Numbered from the stretch's first letter, positions 42,166 through 52,730 are shown. The stretch: 64,000 nt of DNA from Candidatus Eiseniibacteriota bacterium (GCA_963717935.1 CAVQXP010000004.1:288001-352000); one strand, 5' to 3'. The notes: a model not told the origin generated them from the sequence alone. Made by a program: numbers and translations.

Positions 42166-43167
42166 ATGCGCATCCGTTCCTGGAGCATCCCCGCGCTCAC
42201 CCTGCTCGCACTGGGCCAGTTTTCGTGCGCGACGATCGGGCTGATGCCGCTGCCGGATGCCATGCCCGCGGCGCGCGCGGGGCTGTCCCCCGAGTACCGG
42301 CTCTTCTACGACGCGCTCGGGGACTACGGGGACTGGCCCCTCATCGAGCCCTTCGGCTACGTCTTCCGTCCCTATGTGAGCGTGACCGGCTGGCGCCCCT
42401 ACCAGTACGGCTACTGGGCCCCGAGCGACGTGTATGGCTGGGTGTGGATCTCCGCCGAGCCCTTCGGCTGGGCGACCTACCACTATGGCGACTGGCTCTA
42501 CGATCGCTACCAGGGCTGGGTCTGGGTCCCCGGCCTCGACTGGGGGCCGGCCTGGGTCTCGTGGGAGCAGACTCCCGACTACATCGGCTGGGCTCCGCTG
42601 TTCCCGGCCGGCTACGGCCCGGAGCTGGTGCCGGGCGGCGGGTATGTCTACGTGCCGACGGCAGAGCTCCCGGCCACCAACGTGCAGACGCGCACGCGCA
42701 CGAAGGACCAGATCGCCGAGCAACTCGGCCCCCCGCGGCCCGTCGAGAACCTGGTGGAACGCGGTGGTGTCACGTTCAACGCCGGGCCGAAGTTCGACGA
42801 CATCGAGCGGCGCTCCGGACGACTGCCACGCGTGAAGATCGAGGATCTCTTCCCCGCGAGCAGCCTGGTCGTGAAACCCGACGCGGGGCCGTCCAGCCCG
42901 CCCGCGGTCAGAAGGTCCGGGGCCCGGCCCACTCCCGCCGGGACGACCGCGGCCGAGGCGATGCGGCGCGCCGCGGAGGAAGCCGCCCGGTCGGCCCGCT
43001 CGGTGACCGAGAGGAACGCCGCGCCGCCGCCCAGCATCAGCGTGGTGCGACGCGAGGCGAAGCACGAGCCCGCGCCGAGCGAGAAGCCGGGCGAGGACGC
43101 TGCGCAGAAGCGGCCGCGGAAGCCCGGCCGCGACCCGGCCGAAGCCGACAGCACGAAGCAGCGGTGA
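42166..43167 (+). CDS. DUF6600-like Trp/Tyr-rich protein, possible lipoprotein
   Basis: FYDALGDYGDW, WRPYQYGYW, EPFGWATYHYGDW, WGPAWVSW, IGWAPL; Pro/Arg-rich tail; GAGGAG RBS. Confidence 0.78.
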   Translation: MRIRSWSIPALTLLALGQFSCATIGLMPLPDAMPAARAGLSPEYRLFYDALGDYGDWPLIEPFGYVFRPYVSVTGWRPYQYGYWAPSDVYGWVWISAEPFGWATYHYGDWLYDRYQGWVWVPGLDWGPAWVSWEQTPDYIGWAPLFPAGYGPELVPGGGYVYVPTAELPATNVQTRTRTKDQIAEQLGPPRPVENLVERGGVTFNAGPKFDDIERRSGRLPRVKIEDLFPASSLVVKPDAGPSSPPAVRRSGARPTPAGTTAAEAMRRAAEEAARSARSVTERNAAPPPSISVVRREAKHEPAPSEKPGEDAAQKRPRKPGRDPAEADSTKQR

Positions 43168-43177
43168 CCGGACGAGT

Positions 43178-44311
43178 GTGAGCATCACCGACCGCATCAA
43201 GGCCCGCGCGCTGGAGCTGGGCTTCGATGCGGCGCGCGTCGCCGCCGTCACCCCGGGCCATGCCGACGGAGGCGCCCCGGAGCCGGCGACGGCGGGCACG
43301 CCGGGGGCGCCCACTCCAGCGCGGACGCCCGCGGGCACGCCGGATGCCGACCACTTCGAGGCCTGGCTCGGCGCCGGGCGCCATGGGGAGATGCCCTGGC
43401 TCGCCACCGCGCGCAACCGCGCGCGCCGCGCCGATCCCGCGCGCATCCTGCCCGGCGTGCGCTCGATCCTCTGCGTGGTGATGTGCCACGAACCGGAGGC
43501 CGACGCCGGACGCGACCAGCGCCTCGGGCGCATCGCCCGCTACGCCGCGGGCGAGGACTACCACCGCGTCATGCGCGACCTGCTCGGCACGCTGGAGCGC
43601 TTCGTCGAGGAGACGCTGCCCGGCGCGCGCGCCCTGTGGTACGCGGACACGGGCGCCATCCTCGAGCGCGGCTGGGCCGAGCGCGCCGGGCTCGGCTGGA
43701 ACGCGAAGCACTCGGGCCTGATCTCGCCCGCGCTGGGCTCCTGGCTGCTGCTGGGCGAGGTGCTCGTCGATCGCGAGCTCGAGCCCGACGCGCCCTTCGA
43801 CCGCGAGCACTGCGGCACCTGCACGCGCTGCCTCGCGGCCTGCCCCACCGGCGCCATCGTCGCACCGGGCCAGGTGGACGCGCGGCGGTGCATCTCCTAC
43901 CTCACGATCGAGCATCCCGGCTCGATCCCACCGGCGCTGCGCCCGCTCCTGGGCGACTGGGTCTTCGGCTGCGACCTCTGCCAGGAAGTCTGCCCGTGGA
44001 ATCGCTTCGCCCCGTCCGCGCGAGAGGCACGCCTGCACGCGCTCCCGTTCGAGGGCTGGAAGCTCGAGCGCTTCCTCACGCTCGACGAGCCGGGCTTTCG
44101 CGCGCTCTTCGCCGCGAGCGCCATCCGGCGCTCGGGCCGCGGTCGATTCCTGCGCAACGTCTGTGTCGCGCTCGGCAACCGCGGCGAGGCCGCAGCGGCG
44201 CCCGTCCTCGCCCGCGCGCGCGACACCGACCCCGACCCGCTGGTGCGCGAGCACGCCGCATGGGCGCTGGAGGAGATCGCCCGGCGGTCCGGATCGAAGA
44301 ACGCTCCCTGA
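43178..44311 (+). CDS. queG: tRNA epoxyqueuosine(34) reductase
   Basis: RIARYAAGEDYH, DTGAILER, GSWLLLGE, CGTCTRCLAACPT, CISYLTIE, GCDLCQEVCPWN, HEAT-like tail. Confidence 0.95.
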   Translation: MSITDRIKARALELGFDAARVAAVTPGHADGGAPEPATAGTPGAPTPARTPAGTPDADHFEAWLGAGRHGEMPWLATARNRARRADPARILPGVRSILCVVMCHEPEADAGRDQRLGRIARYAAGEDYHRVMRDLLGTLERFVEETLPGARALWYADTGAILERGWAERAGLGWNAKHSGLISPALGSWLLLGEVLVDRELEPDAPFDREHCGTCTRCLAACPTGAIVAPGQVDARRCISYLTIEHPGSIPPALRPLLGDWVFGCDLCQEVCPWNRFAPSAREARLHALPFEGWKLERFLTLDEPGFRALFAASAIRRSGRGRFLRNVCVALGNRGEAAAAPVLARARDTDPDPLVREHAAWALEEIARRSGSKNAP

Positions 44312-44324
44312 GTGCCGCACCGCG

Positions 44325-44744
44325 TCACTCCAGCTTCGCCCCCTCGACCCACCCGGCGCCACCGTCGGCGTAGTGCTCCTTCTTCCAGATGGGCACCGTG
44401 CCCTTCACCTGGTCCATCGCCCAGCGGCAGGCGTCGAAGGCCGCGCTGCGGTGCGCCGCGGCCACGACCACGGCGACGCTCGCCTCGGCGGGCGGCACCT
44501 CGCCGAGCCGGTGGACGATGCGGCAGGACGCCACCCCGTGACGCTCCACCGTGGCGCGCTCGGTCTGCCCGAGGGCCGCGAGCGCCATGGGGCGGTAGGC
44601 CTCGTACTCGAGGCGTACGACCTCGCGCCCCTCGTGGTGATCGCGCGTGGTGCCGAGGAAGAGGACGATCGCGCCGCAGTCGGGACGCGCGGCCCCGGCG
44701 AGCAACCGCTCGACCTCGATCGGGCCCTCGACCAGTTCCGCCAC
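44325..44744 (-). CDS. moaE: Molybdopterin synthase catalytic subunit
   Basis: GAIVLFLGTTR, LEYEAY, HRLG, AAAHR, PIWKKE. Confidence 0.94.
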   Translation of the reverse strand: MAELVEGPIEVERLLAGAARPDCGAIVLFLGTTRDHHEGREVVRLEYEAYRPMALAALGQTERATVERHGVASCRIVHRLGEVPPAEASVAVVVAAAHRSAAFDACRWAMDQVKGTVPIWKKEHYADGGAGWVEGAKLE

Positions 44745-44745
44745 G

Positions 44746-44991
44746 TCAGCCTCCGCTCACCGGCGGCAGCAGCGCCACCACGGCGCCCTCCGTGAGCGGC
44801 GTGTCGGGCCGGGCGAGCTTGCCGCTCACCGCGACCGAGAGGTGCGGCCCCGGAGGCTCGAGCGCAGGGTGCTCGAGCGCCAGCGCCGCGAGCGCGTCCG
44901 CGAGCCGGCTGCCCTCGGGCAGCGACAGCTCGGCGCTCGCGCGGCCGGCGCGCTCGCGGATCTGGGCGAAGAACAGCACGGTGACCTTCAT
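44746..44991 (-). CDS. moaD: Molybdopterin synthase sulfur carrier subunit
   Basis: MKVTVLFFAQIRE...LLPPVSGG with C-terminal Gly-Gly, adjacent to moaE. Confidence 0.94.
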   Translation of the reverse strand: MKVTVLFFAQIRERAGRASAELSLPEGSRLADALAALALEHPALEPPGPHLSVAVSGKLARPDTPLTEGAVVALLPPVSGG

Positions 44992-45026
44992 GGACGCTCT
45001 CCCCTGGGAGTCGCTATGCTCGCCGG

Positions 45027-46184
45027 ATGAGTGACGAGAATCAAGCAGCCCCGCCGCCCGAAGGGCCCGCGTTGCGCCCTGACGGTCCGCCCGCGCCCCA
45101 TCCGGCATTCGAGTTCCTGGAGGACGCACCGGGAGCGCCTGGCCCGTTCGAAGCTGCCGCGCCACCGCCGCTGCCCCGGAAGGTGCTGCACAGCGCCCTG
45201 GCGCTCGCGCTGCTCGGCCTCGCGGCTTTGCTTCTCGGGCAGGTCGAGGCCGCGCTCCTCATCGTGATCGCGGCGTTCTACTTCGTGGCTCAGAGCGCCG
45301 ACGTCCACCCCGCGATGGGCCGCGTGCACGCGTTCCTCGCCTGGATCCCGCCCGCCACGGGGGCCATCGTGCTGGGCGCGCTCGCGCGCCTGCTGGTCAC
45401 GGACCGCCCGCTCACGCCCCTGCACCTCGGCTTCGCCGTCTTCTCGGGCCTCGGGGCGCTCGCGAACCTCGTCACCCTGCTGCCGTCGATGGCGGACCGG
45501 CTCGTCCGGTTGCTCTTCCGCGGCACGCGCCCAAGCCACACGCTCCGGCTCACCGCCAGCGTCGCGTTCACGATCCTGTGCGTGGCGCTCCCCGCGTGGC
45601 TCGCGTTCCGCGACCAGCTCGCCGAGTTGCTGCGGGATCCGGGCAAGCTGGTGAGCGCCTCGAAGCTCTCGGGCGGACTCGTCGGCTACGTCGTGCTGGC
45701 GTTCGCCTCGGTCGGCTTCCTCGTGCGGCGCGATTGGCGCGGGTCGCTCGAGCGCCTGGGCCTCACCGCGCTGCGTCCCGCCGACTGGCTGACCGTCGTC
45801 GCTGGAGTCGTGGCGCTCTGGCTCTTCAACGTCGGGAGCGAGTGGCTCGAGAGGACCGCGTTCCCCGCGCTGTGGGCGAGCGACCAGGGTTTCACGGTGG
45901 CGCTGGCCGGGGTCATGGGCCCGGGCCTGATGCTGCTGCTGGGCCTGAGCGCCGGCCTCGGCGAGGAGATCACGCTGCGCGGAGCGCTGCAGCCGAAGCT
46001 CGGGATCGCGCTCACCTCGCTGCTCTTCGCGGCGCTCCACGTCCAGTATTCGTGGTACGGGATGCTCGCGATCCTGGTCTTCGGCCTGATCCTGGGCCTG
46101 ATCCGCAGGCGCAGCAGCACGACCGCCGCGATCCTGGTGCACGCGCTCTACGACCTGCTCGCCGTGGCCGCCTCGAAGATGTAG
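45027..46184 (+). CDS. CPBP (Abi/CAAX) family intramembrane metalloprotease
   Basis: GLGEEITLRG, FAALHVQY, HALYD; many hydrophobic segments. Confidence 0.88.
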   Translation: MSDENQAAPPPEGPALRPDGPPAPHPAFEFLEDAPGAPGPFEAAAPPPLPRKVLHSALALALLGLAALLLGQVEAALLIVIAAFYFVAQSADVHPAMGRVHAFLAWIPPATGAIVLGALARLLVTDRPLTPLHLGFAVFSGLGALANLVTLLPSMADRLVRLLFRGTRPSHTLRLTASVAFTILCVALPAWLAFRDQLAELLRDPGKLVSASKLSGGLVGYVVLAFASVGFLVRRDWRGSLERLGLTALRPADWLTVVAGVVALWLFNVGSEWLERTAFPALWASDQGFTVALAGVMGPGLMLLLGLSAGLGEEITLRGALQPKLGIALTSLLFAALHVQYSWYGMLAILVFGLILGLIRRRSSTTAAILVHALYDLLAVAASKM

Positions 46185-46214
46185 GACGCGGGGCGCGCGT
46201 GGGCAGCCCGGCCC

Positions 46215-46946
46215 TCAGCGCACGAGATCGTATCCGACGCCGACCCTCACGTAGAACCCGCTGTAGTCCAGCCATGTCGTCCTGCCCGTCGTCTGGACCG
46301 TGGTCGTGCCATCGGACAGGGTGGCCTCGCCGGGCATGCGGCCCATGTCCCGGTACTGGAAGCCCGCCCGGATGAAGCCCGCGACGCCAGCGAGGTTGGT
46401 CTGGTCGATTCCCACGAATGCACCGCCGGTCATCCTGGTGCGGTGCGCCGTCACGTCCATGTAGAACGCGCCGAATGCGTCTTCCAGGGCATAGCCCTCG
46501 ATCAGCTCCCCCCGGCCCTGGGCCACGTTGACGCCCACGGTCAACCCCTGCAGCCGGCTGAATCGCACCGCGGCTTCCGCGCCGATCTCCGTCATCCGGA
46601 AGTCCAGGTCATCGGCGTAGAAGATCTCGTCCGGCACGTGGAGGACGAGGTTTCGGACGGCCCGCAGGTACGAATACGTGGCCCCGACCCGGAACCCGGG
46701 AAGTATCCACAGCCCCACGGAGGCGGTCGGGCCGTAGCCCAATCCGACCGTCTGGAACGCGGCCGGGTACCCTGCTTCCACGAGCGCGGCCTCGGTCTCC
46801 CGGATCGAGATGTTCTGGTCGGTCATCCTCAGCCCGTTCCCGCCGTAATCGAGGCGGACGTAGGGGGCGATACCGGCCACGGCTGGCGCTGCGAGGGCAC
46901 ACACCATCAGAAGGCTTGTCAGGACCAACAGGTCACGGGTCTTCAT
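46215..46946 (-). CDS. Hypothetical outer-membrane beta-barrel protein
   Basis: AAGGAGGAG RBS, signal peptide, alternating beta-strand pattern, C-terminal LDYSGFYVRVGVGY. Confidence 0.68.
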   Translation of the reverse strand: MKTRDLLVLTSLLMVCALAAPAVAGIAPYVRLDYGGNGLRMTDQNISIRETEAALVEAGYPAAFQTVGLGYGPTASVGLWILPGFRVGATYSYLRAVRNLVLHVPDEIFYADDLDFRMTEIGAEAAVRFSRLQGLTVGVNVAQGRGELIEGYALEDAFGAFYMDVTAHRTRMTGGAFVGIDQTNLAGVAGFIRAGFQYRDMGRMPGEATLSDGTTTVQTTGRTTWLDYSGFYVRVGVGYDLVR

Positions 46947-47142
46947 GGGCTCCTCCTTGATCCCTGCGACGGAAACGGGGCGTTCTCTCCGGTTATCGGC
47001 CCGGCCACGCGTCCGCTTGATCGGAATCGTGGCGTGCCCGAGAGCGGGAATCAGAAGGGGGACATGGAGATCCGGCGCGCGACGGGGCGTGGCGGCCACA
47101 CCGATGGCCCCGCCCGGGCTGGCCGGCCCCGCCGCCCTCAGC

Positions 47143-47862
47143 CTACGACAGCGTCTCGCCCGGCCTCAGGGCCACGACTTCGATGTCCAGGCCCAGCCTC
47201 TTCAGCTCCTCGCGCAGCATCTCGGGCGTCCCGGTGAACACCGGGGACGTGCCATAGTGGGCTGGCACGATCCACTTCGGCTTGAGCATGCGCGCCGCCA
47301 CGGCCGCCTCGCGCGGGGACATCGTGTAGTGATCCCCGATCGGCAGCAGAGCGATGTCGGGCGGGTAGAGCTCGCCGATCAGCGCCATGTCCGAATGCGC
47401 GGCGGTGTCACCGGCGTGGTAGATGCGCGTACCGTCCTCGAGCGTGATCACGAAGCCGGCCGCCTCGCCGCCATAGAGCACCTGGCCGCCTTCCTCGATG
47501 CCGCTCGAATGGACGGCGTGGACCATCGTGAACCTGAGGCCCGCCGCCTCCGCCGTGCCGCCCTTGTTCATGCTGAGCGTGTTCGACACGCCCTTGCGAT
47601 CCAGGTACAGGCTGATCTCGAGGTTACAGATCACCACCGGCTTGAACTTCTTGCCCAGCGTCACGGCGTCGCCCATGTGGTCGTCGTGGCCGTGCGAGAT
47701 GGTCATCACGTCGATCCTGTCGAAGCTCTTCTGCTCCTTCGGGCAGGCCGGGTTGCTCTCGACCCAGGGATCCATCAGCACGGTGCGCGCGCCGCGGGTG
47801 ACGAGCTTGAACGTGTGATGGCCCAGCCAGGTCAGCGCGAATCCGCGGTTGACGGTGCTCAC
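47143..47862 (-). CDS. Metallo-beta-lactamase fold metal-dependent hydrolase (UPF0173-like)
   Basis: LTWLGH, DPW, SHGHDDH, AVHSS, YHAGDT, LPIGD, PAHY. Confidence 0.9.
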   Translation of the reverse strand: MSTVNRGFALTWLGHHTFKLVTRGARTVLMDPWVESNPACPKEQKSFDRIDVMTISHGHDDHMGDAVTLGKKFKPVVICNLEISLYLDRKGVSNTLSMNKGGTAEAAGLRFTMVHAVHSSGIEEGGQVLYGGEAAGFVITLEDGTRIYHAGDTAAHSDMALIGELYPPDIALLPIGDHYTMSPREAAVAARMLKPKWIVPAHYGTSPVFTGTPEMLREELKRLGLDIEVVALRPGETLS

Positions 47863-49232
47863 GGTCTAGCCACCTCCTCGAGCCGCGCCGTGAAGTGGCG
47901 CAGCGCCGGCGCTTCCCAGGTGATGCGCAGGCCCCCGAGCCGCCCGCGCTCGCGGTGCAGGGCGATCACCGACTCCGCCACGTAACGCATGTGTTCGTTC
48001 GTGTAGACGCGGCGCGGGATCGCGAGCCGCACCAGGTCGAGCTTCGGGAAGACCGGTTCGCCGGTCTTTGGGTCCCGGTGCCCGAACATGAGGCTCCCGA
48101 TCTCCACCGCGCGGATGCCGAACTCGCGATAGAGCGCCACGACCAGCGCCTGGCCCGGGAACTGCGACTGCGGCACGTCCGGCAGGAAGGTCCGTGCGTC
48201 GAGGTAGACGGCGTGGCCGCCCACCGGCTTCACGATGGGCACGCCGGCCTGGTCCAGCAACTCGCCCAGGTACGCCACCTGCCCGACGCGGTAGGCGAGG
48301 TAGTCCTCGTCCAGCACTTCGGTGAGGCCGATGGCGATGGCCTCGAGATCGCGTCCCGCGAGCCCCCCGTAGGTGGCGAACCCCTCGACCAGGATGAGCA
48401 GGTTCGTGATCTTCTCGGCCCACACCGTGTTCTTGAGCGCCAGGAAGCCCCCGATGTTGACCAGCGCGTCCTTCTTGGCGCTCATCGTGCACCCGTCGCC
48501 GTAGGAGAACAGCTCGCGCGCGATGTCCCTGACGCTGCGTTTCGACCAGCCCGGCTCGCGCTCGCGGATGAACCAGCAGTTCTCGGCGAAACGGCAGGCG
48601 TCGAAGATCAGCGGCACGCCGTGCCTGTCGCAGACCTCGCGCACCGCCCGCACGTTGGCGATCGAGACCGGCTGGCCCCCGCCCGAGTTGTTGGTGACCG
48701 TGAGCATCACCAGCGGCACGCGCTCGCGCCCGACCTCGCGGATCGCGCGATCGAGCTTCACCGGGTCCAGGTTGCCCTTGAACGGGTGCAGGCAGGCCGG
48801 ATCGAGACCCTCGTCGATGACCAGGTCGCGCGCCTCGGCGCCCTGGTGCTCGATGTTGGCCCGCGTGGTGTCGAAATGGGTGTTGCTGGGCACCACGTCG
48901 CCCGGCTTGAGCACGCTCGAGAACAGCAGGTGCTCCGCGGCGCGGCCCTGGTGGGTTGGGATGACGACGGGGTAGCCGAAGATGTCCCGGATGGCGTCGC
49001 GGAAGTGATAGAAGTTCCGGCTGCAGGCGTAGGACTCGTCGCCCATCATGAGCCCCGCCCACTGGCGGTCACTCATCGCCGAGGTGCCGCTGTCGGTGAG
49101 CAGGTCCACGGAGACGCTCTCGGCGGGCACGGCGAAGATGTTGAGCCCCGCTTCCGCCAGAAGGCGCTCGCGCTCCTCGCGCGTCACACGCCGCAGCGGC
49201 TCGACGACCTTGATGCGGAAGGGCTCTTGCAT
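47859..49232 (-). CDS. tnaA: Tryptophanase (beta-eliminating lyase)
   Basis: EPFRIKVVE, DLLTDSGT, THQGR, MSAKKD (PLP Lys), GGHAV, RLAIPRRVY; LRHFTA has His as in tryptophanases, where tyrosine phenol-lyases have LRFFTA. Confidence 0.85.
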   Translation of the reverse strand: MQEPFRIKVVEPLRRVTREERERLLAEAGLNIFAVPAESVSVDLLTDSGTSAMSDRQWAGLMMGDESYACSRNFYHFRDAIRDIFGYPVVIPTHQGRAAEHLLFSSVLKPGDVVPSNTHFDTTRANIEHQGAEARDLVIDEGLDPACLHPFKGNLDPVKLDRAIREVGRERVPLVMLTVTNNSGGGQPVSIANVRAVREVCDRHGVPLIFDACRFAENCWFIREREPGWSKRSVRDIARELFSYGDGCTMSAKKDALVNIGGFLALKNTVWAEKITNLLILVEGFATYGGLAGRDLEAIAIGLTEVLDEDYLAYRVGQVAYLGELLDQAGVPIVKPVGGHAVYLDARTFLPDVPQSQFPGQALVVALYREFGIRAVEIGSLMFGHRDPKTGEPVFPKLDLVRLAIPRRVYTNEHMRYVAESVIALHRERGRLGGLRITWEAPALRHFTARLEEVARP

Positions 49233-49372
49233 GGCGGGCGGCAGTCTAGCCGTCGCGCGCGGCGGATACAAGGCGGCGCGGCCCGCGGGCGCCGAGGTGG
49301 CCGGCGCCGGGAGTGGCGGCGGCGCGCGTGGCCGTCTTGCACGCGTCTCGCCACCGGGATACGGTCCCGTCC

Positions 49373-50734
49373 ATGAACGCCGCCACCGCAATGCCCGCTG
49401 CGCGCACGCGCAACACCTCACTCCACGTCACGAACGCCACCCTCCTCGCGCTCGCCCTCACGACACTCGCCTCTCCGCTCCCCGCGGACGGAGCCCCCGC
49501 CGCGCGCAGGCTCGAACTCGGTTTCGAAGAGCGCGTCCGCAGCGAGAACTTTGACAACAGCACCGACTTCGACGAGAGGACAGCCGACGCCCGCCACCAG
49601 TGGCGCTTCCGCACCCGCGCCTGGGCGAAGCTGAACGCCGGTGCGAACACGGAGTTCGTGCTCGGCCTCGCCAGCGAGAGCCGCAGGCTGACGACGCCCC
49701 GGGTCGCGCTGACGATGGACGAGACCGTGGTCGAGAACCTCTACGTCGACCACCGCTTCTCCGATGGCGCATCGCTGCGCGTCGGGCGGCAGAACCTCTC
49801 GAAGGGCGACGGCTTCATCCTGATGGACGGCAACCCGTTGGACGGCTCGCGCGTGGCGTACTTCAACGCGCTGGACCTGGGCTGGACGTCCGGCAGGTCC
49901 CGCCTCGACCTGCTGCTCGTCTCGGATCCGTACCGCGACGAATACCTCCCCCGCATCCACGACCGGACCAGGTCGCTGGTCGAGTGGGACGAGAACGCGC
50001 TCGGCCTCTACTGGACCGACGCGGGCCGCGCGAAGACCACGCTGGACGCCTACTACTTCTTCAAGGCCGAGACCGGCGACACGCGTGCGCTCACGAACGC
50101 CACGCGCCAGAGCGACCGCATGTTCCACACGCTCGGCGGCCGCGTGGTGCGCGACTGCGCGCACGACTGGTCGGTGAAGGCGGAGCTGGCCGGGCAGGCG
50201 GGCGGGCAGCAGCCCGGCACCGGTGTCCGCGCCTGGGGCGCGCAGACCTCGGTGAAGAAGTCCTTCGCGCGAGCGACGAAGCCGTCCCTCCTGCTCGGCT
50301 GGACCGGTCTGTCGGGCGACGACCCCGCGACGACGGCGAACGAGGGCTGGGACCCGCTCTTCGCGCGCTACCCGAAGTGGAGCGAGCTGTACATCTACAC
50401 GCTGGGCAGCGAACGCGGCGCCGCCTACTGGACCAACCTCTCGATGTGGCAGGCCGAGGTGCGGCTGATGCCCGTGAAGGCAATCGACCTGCGCGCCACC
50501 TACTACCGGCTGGATGCCTTCCACCGTTTCCCGGGCAATCCCGCGATCTACGCGAACGGGACGCGACGCGGCGACCTTTGCGAGGCGCGCGCGGACCTCA
50601 AGCTGAACGACAACTGGCGCGGGCATGTCGTGGGCGAGTACCTGGCGCCCGGCGACTTCTACGCGGGGTGCGACGGCGGCTGGTTCTTCCGCGTCGAGGC
50701 GATCTGCTCGTTCACGAGGTCGTTCGCCGGGTAG
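49373..50734 (+). CDS. Alginate-export family outer-membrane beta-barrel
   Basis: Signal peptide, EERVRSE, LRVGRQ, SGDDP, WDPLF, YWTNL; start approximate. Confidence 0.72.
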   Translation: MNAATAMPAARTRNTSLHVTNATLLALALTTLASPLPADGAPAARRLELGFEERVRSENFDNSTDFDERTADARHQWRFRTRAWAKLNAGANTEFVLGLASESRRLTTPRVALTMDETVVENLYVDHRFSDGASLRVGRQNLSKGDGFILMDGNPLDGSRVAYFNALDLGWTSGRSRLDLLLVSDPYRDEYLPRIHDRTRSLVEWDENALGLYWTDAGRAKTTLDAYYFFKAETGDTRALTNATRQSDRMFHTLGGRVVRDCAHDWSVKAELAGQAGGQQPGTGVRAWGAQTSVKKSFARATKPSLLLGWTGLSGDDPATTANEGWDPLFARYPKWSELYIYTLGSERGAAYWTNLSMWQAEVRLMPVKAIDLRATYYRLDAFHRFPGNPAIYANGTRRGDLCEARADLKLNDNWRGHVVGEYLAPGDFYAGCDGGWFFRVEAICSFTRSFAG

Positions 50735-50774
50735 CGCGCCACGCAAGGTCGGCGGCCCGGGGCGGGCGGCGGAA

Positions 50775-50934
50775 GGCGCTCCGGGCGAGCGCTCGCTCGC
50801 GCCCGGGGCGGCGGCCGGAAGGCACTCCGGGCGAGCGCTCGCTCGCGCCATCCTGGCGCTTCCTCGCTCTTCCGCGCTTGTCCGGCTCCGACATCCCTGT
50901 CTCCGCCGGGCGCGGACGTCGCCCTCCGGCCTTC
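50775..50934 (+). repeat. Intergenic repeat element, copy 1 (partial 29-bp unit at 50775-50803 plus full ~115-bp unit at 50821-50934)
   Basis: GGCRCTCCGGGCGAGCG...GCGCCAT...CTCGCTC.TCCGCGCT..TCCGGCTCCGAC.TCCCTGTCTCCGCCGGGCGCGG.CGTCGCCCTCCGGC, shared with 52731-52845. Confidence 0.85.
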
Positions 50935-51009
50935 CGGCCGCCGCCCACGCCCGGCGTCGCCCTGCGGCCTTCCGCCGCCCGCCCCGGGTTCAACACCCGC
51001 CGACGGGAA

Positions 51010-52626
51010 TCAGATCCGCGCGAGGAACACGAAGGTCATCAGCGCCACGGCCAGCACCATGAGGAGCGCGATGACCGCGGTCGCGCGGATGACCTGGCTC
51101 TCCATGCCGATCTTGTCGATCACCGCCGCGGCGTTCTGCAGTTTGGCCGGGCTGATGACCGAGGCGAGTCCGCCTCCGATGCCGCTCACCGCCGCGACCA
51201 GCAGGCTGATGCGGAGCAGGCGATCCGGGCTCTCCGTGGCGAAGACCTGCGCGATGGTGTCGAAGTGCAGCTTGGAGAGCATGGCGATGCTGCTGGTCTC
51301 GCTCCCGCTGATGAAACCGCCCAGCAACCCGAGGAACGCCGCCACCCCGGCGTAGGCCTGGTGGAAGACGCCCGCGCTGGCATCGGCCACCACCTTCACC
51401 ATGTTGAGGCCCCCGGCGGGATCCATGGCCCAGCCGGGCTTGCCCGCGACCACGGCCGGCGCCTTGCCGCTGTGGTTGAGCACGAAGGCGATGGCGAAGT
51501 AGATCGCCGCCGCGAACGCGGGACGCGGCGCGCGGCGCAGGGTCTTGCGGCCCGCCGCCGCGAGCCGCGCGGCCGCCATGCGGTAGAACGGGATCGCGAC
51601 CACGGTGGCGATCAGCACCCAGGTGTAGGCCTGCCACAGCATGCGCAGCCGCTCGGGCCTGCCCGGCACGATCTCGAGCGGCATCGCCAGCCGCTTGAAG
51701 AGCACGTCGTAGAGCCCGAAGCGGCCGTAGTTGGTGAGCGCGCTGAAGGCCACGAGCAGCAGCCAGGGCAGCACCGCGAGGGCGAGCCCCATCCCCTGCT
51801 CGGTGCGACGGTCGTCCTCGGTGAGCGCGGAGCGATCGAGCACCCGGCGACCGCTGAGCCGCACGTAGACGAGCATCACCAGCACCACGCCGATCCCGGC
51901 CACGACGCCGGTCAGGGTGGGCAGGCCCGCCACGTTCATGCCGATGGCGATGAGACCCGCGGTGAGCCCGGTGATCAGCGCGGCGGGCCAGCCGCGTCTG
52001 ACCTCCTTCCAGCCACCCACCAGCCACAGCATCGAGAGCGCGATCAGCGAGGTCACGACCGGCATGTACTGCGCGAAGTAGAGCCCCACCTCGGCCGGTG
52101 TGAATTCGCGGCCGGTGATGCCCTTGGCCACGTCGGCGAACACCACGACCGGCACGCCCAGCAGCGCGTAGGTGCACAGGGCGTCGTAGCCGATGGCGGG
52201 CAGCGCGATGGCGACGAAGGCGCTGTAGCCGAGCGACAGCATGATGGGCGGCAGGATCGAGACCGGCGTGGCCCCGAGCGCCGCCAGCATCGTGCCTGCG
52301 CCGACGTTGATGAGCATCACCTGCGCCGCGCGGCTCTCGCGCGCCAGCGTCTTCATGAAGACCACGAGCCGCCGGATGGCGCCCGCCTCCTCCATGACGT
52401 TGATCTGGAAGATGGAGGTCGCCACCATCAGGCTGATGGGAAAGCTCGCCACCACCCCGGCCACCGAACCGATCAGGATCACCTGCCACGACGTGTGGAA
52501 GTAGAGCGCGGCGATCACCGCCGTATAGAGCCAGCCGAGGAGCCCGGCCATGTCGGCCGTGCGGCGGCCCCAGGTCATGAGCAGGAAGATGAGGATCAGA
52601 GGTGAGACGGCGAGGAAGACGCTCAT
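51010..52626 (-). CDS. lctP: L-lactate permease family transporter
   Basis: Highly hydrophobic; GGFISGSETSS and GGGLASVISPAKL resemble LctP motifs. Confidence 0.75.
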   Translation of the reverse strand: MSVFLAVSPLILIFLLMTWGRRTADMAGLLGWLYTAVIAALYFHTSWQVILIGSVAGVVASFPISLMVATSIFQINVMEEAGAIRRLVVFMKTLARESRAAQVMLINVGAGTMLAALGATPVSILPPIMLSLGYSAFVAIALPAIGYDALCTYALLGVPVVVFADVAKGITGREFTPAEVGLYFAQYMPVVTSLIALSMLWLVGGWKEVRRGWPAALITGLTAGLIAIGMNVAGLPTLTGVVAGIGVVLVMLVYVRLSGRRVLDRSALTEDDRRTEQGMGLALAVLPWLLLVAFSALTNYGRFGLYDVLFKRLAMPLEIVPGRPERLRMLWQAYTWVLIATVVAIPFYRMAAARLAAAGRKTLRRAPRPAFAAAIYFAIAFVLNHSGKAPAVVAGKPGWAMDPAGGLNMVKVVADASAGVFHQAYAGVAAFLGLLGGFISGSETSSIAMLSKLHFDTIAQVFATESPDRLLRISLLVAAVSGIGGGLASVISPAKLQNAAAVIDKIGMESQVIRATAVIALLMVLAVALMTFVFLARI

Positions 52627-52730
52627 TGGGATTGTCTCCGGAGATGGTTCCCAGCGGCCTGGCGTCGGAACGCGCGCAGTCTAGGCGGGGCGGAGCGCGG
52701 GAGCAAAAGGCGGGCAGCGAGAGGGGGAGA

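Noticed and set aside
47859..49232. Tyrosine phenol-lyase assignment and a tnaC-like leader peptide
   Set aside because: C-terminal LRHFTA favours tryptophanase; no credible Trp-containing leader ORF was seen in the short divergent intergenic region
49600..52605. Very long shadow ORFs (this 1001-aa one, 27481-30102, 13505-16189, 39836-42154 and others)
   Set aside because: Arg/Pro/Ala-rich or antisense translations without motifs that overlap well-supported genes; expected from stop-codon scarcity at this GC content
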